DNA of 64,000 nt. It comes from Fimbriosthenelais zetlandica (Eukaryota). The stretch spans positions 25,048,001-25,112,000 of the forward strand of contig OZ365112.1 in the NCBI GenBank assembly GCA_977030845.1, given 5' to 3'. The translations under genes and the position numbers were made by a program. Positions 1-14,235 of the stretch are shown here, in pieces. Position 1 is the stretch's first letter, and each line of letters begins with the position of its first letter. The notes beneath the pieces were generated by a model that worked only from the letters and a program-made list of their open reading frames with translations, ran no database searches and was not told where the DNA came from.

Positions 1-3000
1 TTTTTTTCTGTATGAATGAGAAATCGGATAAGGTTTTGTTCAAAAAGGATTTCAGAGTTGCTCAAGGAGCCAATGTTTTTGAATGGTTTATAAAATGTAC
101 GACATCATAATGACACAAGTAGCCAAACATAAATATTGTCTGCATTTCCATTTTTGGTTCTGAATTGGGGATCCTCTCAATAATTCAAATTTCATCTAGT
201 TCTGTGACTATATTCTGACTATTTCCGGATGTTTAGGGTACAATCTTTTGATCGTTTGCCAATTAATGTTGTTCCAGAATAATTAAATATCTCAAAAATC
301 CCACAATCTAGGGATTCTCTTTGTTCTGTGCATGTGAACATTCCATAAAAAGTAGTTGAAGTGAGGTGATGTGAAACCCCTGCTAGGAACCTGTCTAGAG
401 GCTCTCAATGGACTGTAGTGGAGACTATTTATAATGAGTCTAGGCGGTAAAGGAGTATAGGCGATGAAGTGACTTCAGAATGATTGAAGACAGATATCGC
501 TCCTTTCAGTTAATGTCAGTTCTTTGCTAGAAATCGATAAATCAGCCACCGTGGATGCTTCACATGCATCCAATATCATGCCAGACCAATCAAAGATTAA
601 TATGAAAATGTAAGGATAAGCCACTTTATCAATAGCATTCACTAAAATTCGGTTTTGAAGTGTTAAGAAATAGTTATTGCAAGAAATATGACTGGTGCCT
701 ATAACGAACAGATACGATTTTTGTTGATATAACAAAGAATTCTATCTACATTAAATGTACCAAAGGACAATTCAGATTTGACGACTTGGACTGTTACACT
801 TTTCACACATGTGTCTTTAATGCGCCTGTAATGTATACAGGTTAACGCGTTTCAAACCAACTGTTCACTTTATCACTACTGGAATTACGTTTTCCCCGCC
901 GGGATTTCCATGACATGAACAATAGCTTTGCATGTCAGGATCTTGGAGGGAGGTTCCAGTGTCAATAAAAATCTCCATCAAAGGGATATAAAATTTGTGT
1001 GAACTAAAAGGCCTCACTAAAGAGCGGGTTGTCTCGTCTATGTCAAGGTTTGTATCTGGGCGATTAGGATTATGTCAAGACGGAAAGACAGCCACACAAG
1101 CAATATGAGCCGACAGAGAGAGCTTCAGCGACTTATGCATGCAAATTCTGCACAGCCAGACACAGCATTTTGACATGGCAAGTTAGGATGGTGCATTTAT
1201 ATTTCCTATTCTAATCCTGTTGTGTGCCAGGGGACTGTAAATGGCTGCGGATTTATGACCAATCGATGAATAATAAATCCCACCCCGCTGCAAGTTTGTT
1301 GAACTAATCTCCACGGCATTTGATCAATATATACCCCACTAATATTTTGCTTGACTCATACATGTCTGTAGGGATATGTGAATCCGTACCGCATTAGAAT
1401 ACTTGGTCGGTTTAAATGCGGAACTGTTTTCAATGTTCCACCTGCATGGCATCACTCAATATGCCCTTTCTCTGATCACCAACTTGGAATTCTCTCTGCA
1501 TCCCTTTGCTTCGGATTTCGAGTGAAAAAAGAGATGATTTGCCAATAATGAGAATAAACGTAAGATGGTGAAGAAAGCCAGGCAAGATGGATTAGGTCTG
1601 TGAACACGTGGCCTAGTAAAAAGCGGAGATAAGAAGGTCTAGTGGTAAAAGGTGGAAGGAGCGCTTCAATCCCAACAGATGATGGATTCACAGCTTGTGA
1701 AAACAGTAAAGGACTAAACATCCGAAGAGTCCCTTGCCAAATGGCTCCCTAGTTATCTCCCCTCTTGGCACTGGTTCTCTTACGGTTCTCTTACAAATGC
1801 ATCTGCTTTAATCTGCATCTGCATAAAGCTGATCCATCCAAAAGTTTACAAGATAAAATGTTATATGAGAGTTATACTTATTCAACAAAATTCAAGTCTA
1901 ATACGATCATTCTCCAGTGGCTACCGTTGTGGAGATAGGAGGCTATTCCTTCTAAGGTAAAAGTGTATCACTTGTTAAAGATCAAGGAAACTCTATCTCT
2001 TTAATCATTCAAGCTTTATGTTATATCGCTTCAGCTATGTCATCATTTTTGGTAAAACAGTCAACACCACACAGTGGTGCATAGCCATGCGTAACATTCC
2101 CGTTGATCAGTCACAGCATGAAAGATCCTCTCTAGGCTTTGAAACTGCCAAAGAAGAAAAGCAGACAAGGATGCTTTGAAGAAGACCAGGGACAGAATTT
2201 ATTATTTACATGATCATCGCAGAGGTGGGGGGAAAAGTAGATAGCTGCCTGTGTCAAGTACAAGGCTATTCTTTCTACGTTCTGCTTGATCTGTAGCCTC
2301 CAACTGATGAGAAGATCTTATTACAGTCAGAGGTTAATCCTTGAGCTTAGTGTAGGATCTTTGTAATGATGGCGCTTAGCTCAGTCATGATAAGACGTCC
2401 TTCACCTTTCAAGGTAGGCAAGTGGTATGTTATTGGCCCCTGATTGATCGCCTGGCCCTGTTCAAGAGGATAGTGATTGATAAAAGGCGTGTCACCCTGG
2501 GAAAGGACAACCCAAATAAGACCCTGGGACCATGAAAATAGAAGGGGAAAATGTGGAGGTTTGTTTACCATTTGTATGGAGTCATTTCTGATCATCTACA
2601 AGAAGGATTTATGTTGCATCGGAAATAAATAAGACAGATCTTTGAAAACTATTAGTTAAGATGTCTGTCACAAAAAGTTCTATTACAGTTCAGATGCACT
2701 GAATTGGGTCTGATTAGATCTGATGATTTCTTGCCTTTCATAGTTGGCCCGCTATTTCGGCTTGACTTTCACCAGAGCCAGATGGATCGATTTGCTCTTT
2801 CGATGAGATATGACTTGAATGACCTCCTCAATACAGAGTTTTGTCGTTTGTGTGCAAACTTTTTTGACATGGAATAGATGGTGTGAGGGTAAACTATATA
2901 GAGACCACACATTTATATGTATTTATAACGTCTGGATATTCTCACTTTTACATAAGAACTTCTATTCGATTAGCACTTTCTTCATGAAATAACAGGACCT

Positions 3001-6000
3001 TTTGTCACCAGAAATAGATTTCCCTTTAAACATTGTAATCTCTAACCTCAGCCTCATCGAACTGAAGAATTATTAAAATCTATTTGCAAGGCATTTCTTC
3101 TGGTTAATAGAAATTGGATGACTTCTGCTGACGATGAACACTGTCGCCAATGAGCCCTGATAGGTCCCCGTACTGAGATTCCCTAGGTCACCAAAGGCTG
3201 TGATGATTCAGTTTATCTGCTCCACGTTGATGCTTTCCATGTGTTACAGTAACTTTTTCCTGGCTGATAGATGTTAGTCATAGGCCCCTCACAAGGCTAG
3301 ATAACGAGATAGGCAGCCCTTAATGGATATTGTGTCACAGCGCCGTGAAATTATCTGTCCTTTTTACGGCTCGGGTTCAGCAAAAATGACAGTTTAATTA
3401 CTGTTGTTTGATTCATTGTAACGGATGCTTTATTTATCTCTGCATTTATCTCACCACTTTTCTTCTTTTCAATCTGTACTTCACCATCTTTCTTAAATTC
3501 TATGATTTCAATAACGTCCAAGAAGAATTACCCCAGGGATAGGCTCCCCAGTGTACACCACTTTCTTCAATTGTGTAATCAATTTTATCTGAGGAATTGC
3601 ACTATCAATAGAAAAGTGATGCCACTCTTGTGTTTTGCCACCTCCAATAAAGCCAGTCTGGCAAATCCCCTTCAACGCTTCAGGTCTCTCTCTTTTTGAA
3701 GAATTCATGACTCCTGGCAATTGCACTTTTGCTCTAGGTCAAAGGGAAGTATAAGAAAATCTATACTGCCTGAAAAGGACACAAGAGGGAAAGACTAAAA
3801 GGTCATGTGGAAACCCGACTGATCTCCTGAATCGTTTATGACTATATCATTCCATGTTGCCATTGTCCAAACAAATGATGAGACCTTTCCTAGGAGAGGG
3901 TTTCCTACTAGTATCCCAAAGAGATTTATCTTTTCAGTGACCAATTAATATATCTGTGCTTAGCTGTGGCGTATATATTCTGCAGGCTGAAAAACAGCTT
4001 TGTTGAACACAAGCATGTTTGTTGTCATGGCACGTTTTCAGTGGTGAATGGCCTCGAGCAAGATGCTTTGCCATTAACTTTTGATGTTGGTGTAATCGTC
4101 ATCATTTGAACTAGAGTCATTCAAGTCTGGTATTGCTTTAAAGGCAGACCAGAGCAGCTCACGCGAACCTCACCTTCAGGCTGGTTAATTGGAGGAATCT
4201 GCTCCCCTTAAACCATGAATTAAATGCTGTTAATGCCTACCTCACACCACACATCCACCACAACCTGGTAAAGCAGGCCTCCCTCCACTCTACACTCCCC
4301 TTCATGTTTAATCCTACTGTCTTAGCGTAGCCTAACCCAAATCTCTCAGATAACAAAAAAATGCCACCTCCTTTCACAGCTGACTCGCTATGAAGATCAA
4401 TCCACGTGGTTATCATGTTAGTGCCTGTGATTATTGCATGTAATGAACATGTGATGACTCGATCATGACTCAGCATTTTTCAATCGTCCGCCCTGCCACA
4501 CAGTCACTGTTCTAAGTGCTTGGCCACCTCGGCTGATGCTTATCTGCTACGTCCCAGTTAAGCAGAAACAAAAGTATGAGGTGTTGGTGCAAATGGAATT
4601 CCTTATCGAGCGAAAATATTCAATTTTCTTTTAATTAAAAGTCCTGTTGCATTAGCGCCTAGTCTTTATCTATTGACACCCCCTGCCCCACTTGGTCCGT
4701 CATTTCCAGGCGTAATGGTAGGTTTTATTATCAAAAAGCTAATTTTTATTTCATTAGCCATCCAGGCATGTGATGGGGAATGACTTTTGGTAACCTAATT
4801 TTTTCCCTCGTTCCATGAAGGGGGGCAGTTTGCACATGTCTTGATGAAATAATGCAAGTTCATGATCTGTTTGAATGCTTTTGTGAACCAATGGATGACA
4901 ATGAAAGTGCGCGTTTCTAATACATTAGCCAGCCCCGGCTGCGCAATACAACATGGTTTGAAGTAACACAATCTTTTTGCACGGTGTTACCTAATGCCTA
5001 AATGTATTATTCTATAGAGATATGGATTTCCTAGATTTAATATCACAATATGTCTTTCAAGAAGTCCATTTCGGTCGGATCTTATTGCTTCTCTTATTTA
5101 TCAATATTTTTGCAAAGCAACTTATTGGCGAATTTAATAAGATAAAATAAAATAAATCAGATTGTCAATCCATTTGCTAGGGAGCAATCTGAGAATACGG
5201 TAGTAAACCTAGACATCTTTCCTTTACTTTCTTCAACCTGTAAATATGAGAATCCAAACAGGGACAAACAAAATATTAAATAAAAAAAATAATATAACAA
5301 AGCTATGGGTTCTCAAATCATATTCTCCTCTGTTGAATGTTTAATGTTGCCACTGCGGGGACTGATACTGTCAGGAGCATTTTGTACTAGCAGAATGACC
5401 CTGGCAGTCCTCAAGAATTATTGACTGCGGATATAGCCAATATTTTAGCTTGCTTTAAATCAAATAATATGAACAGCAAAAGGTAAACCATGCCATCCAT
5501 ATCCCCCTACTTGACCATAATAGGCCAGACAGACGTGGCCCACGCTCGTCTATCAGTGGGGTAAGGGCCTTGAATGCCCAGAGAGCCCTCCACACTGTGG
5601 CCCGAAAGAACATTTCAAAACCCGAGTGGTCTTCTGGGATAACAGCAAAAGATTGTCCCCCTTTACCCGTTTACACGAGTGGGCTATTTGCCGGGTTTCA
5701 CTAAGTCTTTCCATTCTTCTCTATTCTTGTCCATTGCCGTGAGAGGCTGTGCTGGCGGACATCAAAGCTCTGTGCTTTTACATTGGTTGAATACTCTGTA
5801 ATAGATCGTCATATTGTGCACCAAAAAGAGTGCCTCTTAGCCTTTGGCAAAAATAATGAAACTGCCCTCGAAAAAGGTTATAACCGTGCATGGTTGTGCC
5901 TAGAATGCCTGGTGCATTCCACTTATTCTAAAAGGCTAAATTTTCCAGGTTACTTCGTTTGCGATACTGTCAGACTTTTAATACAACATTATTCTCATCT

Positions 6001-6528
6001 TATATTTTGAGACTAAAACAGTTGACCACAATGATTATGTCAAATAGTGAAATGAGCCATCGATATATCTATTGGTGGAAACTCTATTATGCCAGAAGCC
6101 AAGTGACTGCATGAGGTATGAATCTAAAGGTACAACCACTCTTTAGAAAGAAGGGAGGCTTTCGGCCAAGAGAGGAAGCCCAATAAGCACCTATTCTATA
6201 AAAGGTGTCCCGGATTTGGTGTAGTGGTCGTGGCCACACGCATATGGTACATGGAGTAAGAAAAGAGTAAATAATAACAGAACATTTCAAATTCAGTGTT
6301 CGGCTGACTTATTCATCCTCTCTCATATTGACTGTGAACCTGACAGTCTGCCAGACCCTAGTTACATTAGTGGCGATAGATTAAATGCATGTAATGCGTG
6401 GGGGTATCTGTTCCACTTTTTTTTTTACTCCTGTCCAATTTCCCAACTTTATTGCCAATCTCTCGCCCTTTTTGTAAAATTATGTTGAAAAGTCACAATT
6501 CTAATCAGAATATTTTTTCATTTTATAG

Positions 6529-6571
6529 GTGAGTTGCGCAAAGGTCTCCAAAAAGAAGTCGCCGGCAAGAT
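6529..6571 (+). CDS. Candidate 43-nt internal exon (xELRKGLQKEVAGK or VSCAKVSKKKSPAR), gene unknown
   Basis: Branch-point-like CTAAT at 6501, acceptor TATTTTTTCATTTTATAG ending 6528, donor GTAAGT at 6572. Two of three frames are open and the exon is more GC-rich than its flanks. Confidence 0.5.
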
Positions 6572-7433
6572 GTAAGTTGAATTAATGAAATGACAGAGTT
6601 AGATGTCTCACTGCTGAGCATAAGCTGACAGGGTAGTTTTGTTTGTATATGTTTCGACTCAAAAACTTAATTCAATTTTTCTGAAACAAATTCAAGCACA
6701 GGATGAAAGACCGAAGGAAGGTCACAGATGATGGTATGAAGAACGGAATGAATGAAGCAAAGGACCATGTTCATGGGGAAGGAATGCATGAATATATTTC
6801 TGCATGTATATTTCAACTGTTGGATTGTTGGCCTCCATGCTTCCATTCCAATTTCCAAATTCGCATAAGGTGTACAATAGTCGCATCACACTTTTAAGTG
6901 AATTTTGTGCACCTGGCTTGTGTGGTCTGTGTTTTAGGGCTCACTGACCAACTCTGGCCTTGCTATAAGGAATGCATCAGCGGAGGTCCATACATGGGGG
7001 ATGGGGAGGTCACGGGTCCCGATCCGTATTCACAATCTATTGCTAAGTTGCATGTTCAGGTCCGATCAGTCTGTCCCACACATAGTGTAGCACCGAAAAC
7101 AAGTAGTCTACCAACAGGCAAGTGTGGTTGGCCAGGTTACAGGCTCTGGCTAAAGCGCTTATGCAGAACCTAGTCTGGGGAAGTGTGCTTGCAGGCCAGT
7201 TTGGAACATGAACGTTTGCTCAGCTTATAAAAACACCGACAACAGATCGATGGCTGAAATCCCCAGTGGTATAGGTAGCAGTTTAGCGCAGGTCACTTTT
7301 TAAAACACACATGATTGAACTTGAAGGAAATACTTTGTCTGCTGGAAAGGCAATAGTCATAATTCTGCCAGATGGAGGCTCATCTCTCCTGTCGCTATTT
7401 ACTTTTACTTGTATTTACTTGAGATCTAAATTG

Positions 7434-7975
7434 CTGACTTTTGCCTTGCTATTCTGGCAACATATATTTTTCTGGCTGCAATTGATGCACTTGACGTTGA
7501 TGGTCTTGTAGACAAGCTCCACGTGCAGCAATCGCTGCAAGAATGTTAAGGCAATGATCCCAGGTAGGTACCCAAGATGTGTACAAATTAGTTAGAGATG
7601 TCCATTAGATATACATTTCTTGCAATTCTTGCAAAGTTTCCTACCCATATATAATACTCCAATGTCTCCCCACAGAGACATGCGGGCCCACATTCTGCTG
7701 AGATGCCAATTACTTGATTTTGCTCTCCGATTCTGGCAACATACCATTTTAGGGTAGAAATTGATGCATTTGCAGATGAAGGTCTTGTAGACAAGCTCCA
7801 CGTGCAAGAATCACTGCAAGAATCACCAGGCAATGATCCCTGGTAGGTACCCAATTAATGTGCCAGGTCTTTTGGGATATCCACTAGATATTCATGACTT
7901 GCAATTCTTGCAAATTTTCATATCCATATTGTCCAATGCCTTTCCACACAGGAGGAGGCTGGGGCTACAGATGCC
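7434..7975. repeat. Diverged tandem duplication, two copies, period about 279 bp
   Basis: GGTCTTGTAGACAAGCTCCACGTGCA occurs at 7502 and 7781. GGCAATGATCCCxGGTAGGTACCCAA, CTTGCAATTCTTGCAAA and ATTCTGGCAACATA also recur at a similar offset. Confidence 0.92.
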
Positions 7976-8309
7976 TTTCAGATATATTCCTGTATATATA
8001 CGTGCCTGACTATATTATTTATTTCAAGTTTTTCTTCAGTACCGGTAAAACTTTGAGGTTTATAGGCCTGTATAATTAAGGTGCACACAGAGTGTGGTTA
8101 CTATTTACCATCCATGTCTGTCCTCTCGCATGTCCCCATCCATCCCTCACTCACGTTCAATAAACGCATTAAGATATGTCTTCTTTGAGCTGCACATAAA
8201 TCAAACAACAACAAACTCAGCCATTGCCTCTGTACTCTCTGCACTTAATGCTGTATGTGGTGCTTCCCTCGTGGTGTTGGAGCGCCGTCATGTAAGCATT
8301 TAAAACATT

Positions 8310-8335
8310 AAGATGGCGTCAGAGCGGAAGTGACT
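8310..8335 (+). promoter_or_regulatory. YY1 plus ETS/GABP promoter-like module
   Basis: AAGATGGCG at 8310-8318 and CGGAAGTG at 8325-8332 in a CpG-rich patch. This pair is typical of animal housekeeping promoters. Confidence 0.45.
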
Positions 8336-11300
8336 TAGAGGCCATTTTCCCCGGACGCCAAATATCCGGGACCTGACATTTCGAGGCTTGTCTGTTTGGC
8401 ATATGAAATGGCTACATCAAACCCGGTTTCACTGATTTGTCTTTCAGACAGAAGGATAACGGTTGACCTTTTGATGTTTATTTGAAGGCACCATGCCTAG
8501 AATTGTTACGTCTACAATAGAGGAAAAGTCAACAGGAAGCAAAGCATCAGGTGGAAAGATTTCCTCATTACCAAAGCTAATTGATTGTCAGCAAATGTTG
8601 TGATGACGCATAATGGGATCTGACTTCTGGTGCGAGTTTTAGTTGATCACGGAAGTTTTCAAAATAAAATGGTCCAAAATAGAAACAAAACCCAATTGCA
8701 TTTAAATGTGGAAACCTTTTTGGCTGACGTTGATGGCTGAAAATTTCACACACTTGCATCTTCAGAAATTGGGTTGCATATAGTTTGCCTAAGCAGGTTT
8801 TCGGTGGTAGTACTTTCTCCGGCAAGTTCACTTCTGTAATATTATTGAAGCAATGGATATGATTGATTCTGTATGAAAGAGGTAGTGCCAACATTTAACG
8901 TTGGGAACTCAGCAATAACTAGGACCACGTCTAAACTCCCCCGTTCATTTGTGATTGCATGCTTTCAACCCGGCTGTTCTGTTGGGGTTTTATCCAACCA
9001 TTTAAAGTTATACACAAACTGTTGGGCCAGGGTGTGATTTTTAGTCTCGGCCTTGCACCCCTTGCATATCGCCTCCTCCCTCAATCTTTACTGGTGACAG
9101 TGAATCCCTTTGACATACTGTCTAGGTTCATTATAACCGAGCCTTCCTGGATGAATAGGTCTGACACGTCAGTCTGTGTGTCCTTCCGCCCTCTCCCTCT
9201 GCCCCTACTCCACCACACATGTCTCTCTGTTTACCTTTCCCTCCACACTGTGGCGTTACCACAGTCATCCGCTCACACGTCACACACTCCTGACGCCTCC
9301 CCCATTCTTACCCCAAAGACCTTTTTATGCAAGATCCCAAGTCACTGCAGAGGAAGTGGATAACCAGAAAGAAGTTCCCCAGTCCGCTTGGAAGTAATTA
9401 AAACACCATCTAATATGTGATGATGGCATTGGGTATGCACTAGTTCTGTTGTTTTTAATCCTCAGCCGTGATTGTGAGAGGATTTTACAAGTCGTGCTTG
9501 GCAGAAAACAGTTCGCTTTCATCTTTTTTTAGATCTCTGCACTGTGAATTATCAGATGTATGATTTATAGTTCCCTGTGGATGAACGACACTTTGTGCTA
9601 TAGGTATACTTCGAGAACTGATTGCCCATGGACAATATTTCTTTCATTGCAAAAAGTTTTGTAATCTATGGACTATTTGATATTTTCCTATTGAACCTGA
9701 AGCTTTGGCGAAAGGAGAAAGTTTTGCTATTCTCTAAATGTATACAGGCCATGCAATATCATAGCAGCAGTACGTGATTGCCTAGACTGCTTTGTATGGA
9801 GGATCATGTCTGGCCAAAGATTTTCTTAAGCTTTAGGTGGAAGGGTAAATATAATCTGTGGAATCTATGAATAAAATGAGAGAGGAATTCATCAGTCGCA
9901 ATAAATCGCCTAGTGAGATCCATCCGAGATGTAATTCATGTATTCATGTCAGCCAATACTACTCAGAGCATTTTTAATGAAGGGCACTTGGATATTCAGG
10001 TTTCCTTGGACCCACGTATAGTTCATTATCATTTCCCGCACTTCGATGTAACATTTACATATCATCACAAAATGCGTGTCCAAATATTTTAGAACTGGAA
10101 ACATATCAGCACTTCTTTTAGGATATTCTTCATCCATTATAGAGATTGATATAATTTAGATATTGGATTGATTTCCTCTCCCCTCATTGCCTTTCGAGAT
10201 CGACCTGCCTCATCCTGGCTTGAAACAAGTTCATCTCTCCATAAACTTATACGATCATCTTCATGACTCACAAAGTGCTTGTAGAGTGGAGATAATAAAA
10301 GGTCGCTTCTTAAGAGGGCAATGCTGACAGCGTAAAATTGATACTTAGTGCAAGTTTACACAGTATTGTTCTAGTACATTCTCATACACCTCTTTTACCC
10401 GAGCTGTTAAGGGAGCAACAACACCCCCTAATTTCACCCACTTTACTCTCTGCTCATCTATTTTCGGTAGTTACCTACATTCGGATCAGCTGTTGTGGTG
10501 ACAAAGGCCCTAAGGCCCCACCATGCATCTTAATTACTGGAGAGGGCTCTCCACCCGCTTAATGGCCAGACATTTGTAGCTGAGTTGAGGGCTGAGGAGC
10601 GAACATTTTTCACAGCAGGCCCGTGTACTGCATCCTCACTTACAGCTATTGTTTGAAAACCGCTGAAAAAAAACATTACTTTTGTTACATACGGTTTCTA
10701 TCTCGTTTCCCCTTTGTGCCTTTGAATACCAATGCCAGAAAGGGGAATGTTCTGTTCCAGTATCCATCGTCAGTTTGCAAACAAGCCATAAAAGGCATGC
10801 ATTACTATAGTATACTGACATTCACTTCACCAGGAAAGCTTTATACTTGCTATGGAAGTTTTTTTTTGTGTGAAAAAAACCTGTTATTAATGCATTGGCC
10901 TCTGTTGCAGTGGCCTATATGCCTGCCCCTCTGATACAAAGCCTCCAAAATGTAGGCCCCATTTATGATCCTACTTTCTCCAGGCGAACACACTATACCT
11001 TGTTATAAAAAATTACTGGGTAGTGGCCTCCAGGCAGAAAAAACCTCCCTTTGCTACATGACTGTGCGTGCACCAGCCTGTACAACCAACTCCCCAAACT
11101 CCTCGTGATTTATATACACATGTTGTATTTTATCTAGAGGCAATTCATTATAGACAGCCAGCGTTACCATAGTCAGGCAAACATATGGGAAAAGGGTCCA
11201 TAGCCAGCACGTCCTGCTGCTGAAGGAGAGACTATAATATATTACAAACTGGAAGACTTAAGTGGGTTTGCTTTATTGGGTAGCTACTATCCGACGGTGG

Positions 11301-11959
11301 AGAATGGATTGATGTTGATGTTCTTCTTTAACTGCATAAAAGATTCATGATCATCTGTTTTTGTGCTGCGTTCGGCCTTCCTTATGTATCTCTTCAAAAG
11401 TTCCAGAAGGTTTTATAGGGTGATTTACCTTCCAGTGATTGTTGGGGTGGTCAATGATGCTTAGTCAGAGCTCTGTAAGGAGTCCGGGAATGTTGTGGAA
11501 GATGCTCACTGATTGCCTGCATAGTTTCCTGCCCGGCTTATTGGATTTTATCATATTGAATGGTATGCTTATCACTTTACGTTTAGCTTGGCGCCAACAA
11601 TGTTGATGAATATCGGAGTTCATGTCCATTTTCTGAAAGTCATTACCAAAATGACCAGGAGCACATTACCTAAAGAACGAAGCAGTGGGCCAGGACAAAG
11701 TCCTCTTATATATGGCCAGTGATGGGTGCTTTATGATCCTTACAATACATCGCGTGTTTTTCGGGACTTATGGAGTCATCTTTCATGCACTCTCCGGGTC
11801 AAATCCAGGCAACTTCATAAGACGGTTGCCTAGCGTGACGTCATAAACTCCTTCTATGGGTTTTCGCTAGAAGGTGTCCAAACAGTTTGATCTAAGATAC
11901 CTCATCATTACAAGTGCATTACGGCAACTCCTCTCTGCTTGTGTGCATGTGGGCGTTCA

Positions 11960-12035
11960 CGCACGGGGCACTTCCGGCCAATATCATTACCTGGCACCAC
12001 CTAGCAAGTAGGCGACCTAGGGGGTCACGTGACGA
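11960..12035. promoter_or_regulatory. CpG-rich promoter-like islet with ETS, CCAAT and palindromic E-box (USF/TFE type)
   Basis: CACTTCCGG at 11969, CCAAT at 11978, GTCACGTGAC at 12024-12033. Confidence 0.4.
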
Positions 12036-14167
12036 GAAGCTGACATAAAAAGATGGTGCCTGCGATCAGGGCGATGTGGGCAAAGCTGCGTAAAGGGGCG
12101 ATATCACTGTCGCTGCATTATAAATCTCGCTTCGGAAGGCTTTCAATGTCCATTAGGGAGCAGGGGAGTCGATCATGGGCTTGACTTCACACAAGGAAGT
12201 CGCATGTGCTGTTCAAGTGCGACTGACCCTGGCAATCTTGGCTGCTCCCATCAGGATATCTTCAAACAAAACACAGCTTCTGGGCAGCAATGGCTGAGGC
12301 GTTAGAGGCCATTGGGGAATACTTCCATTATAGAATTACATGCGGGTATCACAGGGAAAACTGTTGATTGTTTGTTCCTGATTACCTCCAGTGAACCTAT
12401 TGATTATATAGAGCATAAATATTCACCAATACTGTTCAGAGAATCTCCGTTTAGATTTGACATTGCTAACGGACCGCAAAAATAAGTGACCTGTAATTAG
12501 TAAGGATAGTTCACTTAGTGGACTACTACCAACCATAGTACTAATACATTACGATACTAGACAAGATATTATAGAGGAATATAAGATCATATAAATGGAA
12601 ACCATTAGAGAGGTGGAGAGCTAGTATCTTTGATATGACAAAGGACTTACAGGAGCCACGTGTCGAAGGTGATCAGAGATCAGAGGTAGTCACACTGTAC
12701 ATTATGTATACGAGGGGTTAATAAAGTGCACCGTTTGTGTCATGGAAAGAGTTCATTCAAGAGCTCTTCTAGCACCATCAGATACACCTCTATCTCATAT
12801 CAACATCATAAAAAGTGGGGGCTCAAAATATAGATGAATCAGCCTTTGTTTGCAAAGGCAGGACCAAAACCAGTACTATTAGGCTATGTGGAAATAAAGA
12901 GTCTCTATTTTCTTCTCTAAAAGCCACAGAATATGCCTATATAGGATCTTTGAGCTGTGAGGGGAACAAGGCTTCTATCCCAATTAGGCATATTAAAAGA
13001 GCACTTAATGCCAGAAGCTAAAAACTGGCCACTGAAAGTCTATGGGAGTACTGTTAGCAATGGGCTGGTGTTGAGGGGCTATAAGGGAAGTTTTTTTCAG
13101 CCATGGGCCGTGCCATAATGTAATAATTGCCCTGAGGATAGGGGTATTCTTCTGCTCCGATTGTACAACATATTATGAATAAGAAGATGGGTTGAAGTAA
13201 TAATTGTCTGCCAGTAGAGGAGCGAGACGCTGCAGGAACTCAATGTGAATGTGTTGTAAGCCGCAGGGCTTAACCGATATTTCAGCTCAAAACATTAACT
13301 GTTGATAGATTTATTTCCAAAGCCTCCAGTGTGGATTTCTATATCCTGCTTTCAATGGGACTGGAGCTCCTCTTTGGAAAATCCAATTTGGGACTAGTGG
13401 GTGTGGGTCCTCAGCGTTGAATACACCGATTCTCATTTGCCATGTACGCTCAAGTAACGGGGACTATACCCGGGTTAAATAACGGCTGGGGGAATGCTTA
13501 TGCATAGGGGGGGGGTTCAGGGCAGAGTTAAATCACACATTGAGAAGCCTTGCCCAGATCCATTCAAAGGCGGAACAATGTTTTCAACTAGGGGACATAG
13601 TGAGCTGGGTGCTTGTAGGCATAGGGTTAGCGGCTACCTGGGGACATTAATAGAGCATGATTAATGCAGGGAGGCACGGATACTGACAGGTGCTACCCGG
13701 CCCGACACGGGACTGACCTGGCAGTGGAATGAAAAGGCTGAAAAATACAGCCATGGCATCCCATTTAGATATAACACCAGAGATGTTTTATAGTCCTCAC
13801 GAGTAATGCAGATGTTGTTTTACATTTACAGTAGCAGTGGGGAACATGAGAGACTGTAAAAGTCCCTTTAAATGGCCAGCTAGCCGGTTTATGGTTCTAT
13901 TCTAGAGTTTCCTTCTATAGAAGCATGGGCTAAAAAGAGGGATAGTCAACTTGGTTTGGGAGCACTTGGTGCATTCCAAACTTACATTTCAGAGGGGCTT
14001 GCTTTCATTATACATTGAGGTTGATAGAGTCCCCTCTGAGAATTCTTGATCGGAAACTTGTTTTGGACCCAAGACTTTCCCCCACTAAGTGTTGTTGCGT
14101 ATAGCAGCAATGCTAGGAATCAGGTAGTAGGAACAGGTCGCTAGTCATTATCAAAATATTGCTACAG

Positions 14168-14235
14168 AGTATCTTGATGGGTGTCCAATAAAAACATAGT
14201 TAATATCGCAATCACATTTTTTGCAGCATAGCTTC
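14168..14235 (-). mobile_element. Possible remnant of a Penelope-type GIY-YIG endonuclease
   Basis: Minus strand reads LCCKKCDCDINYVFIGHPSR, resembling the C-x2-C-x3-YIG-x-T-x-R motif. It is short and followed by a stop. Confidence 0.2.

Noticed and set aside
2369-2430. tRNA-like start GGCGCTTAGCTCAGT with CTTTCAA downstream
   Set aside because: No B-box (GGTTCRA), no acceptor-stem partner and a poor anticodon stem, so it cannot be folded as a tRNA.
4237-4476. VKGGGIFLL resembling the LINE endonuclease GGGV motif
   Set aside because: No other APE motifs in the ORF.
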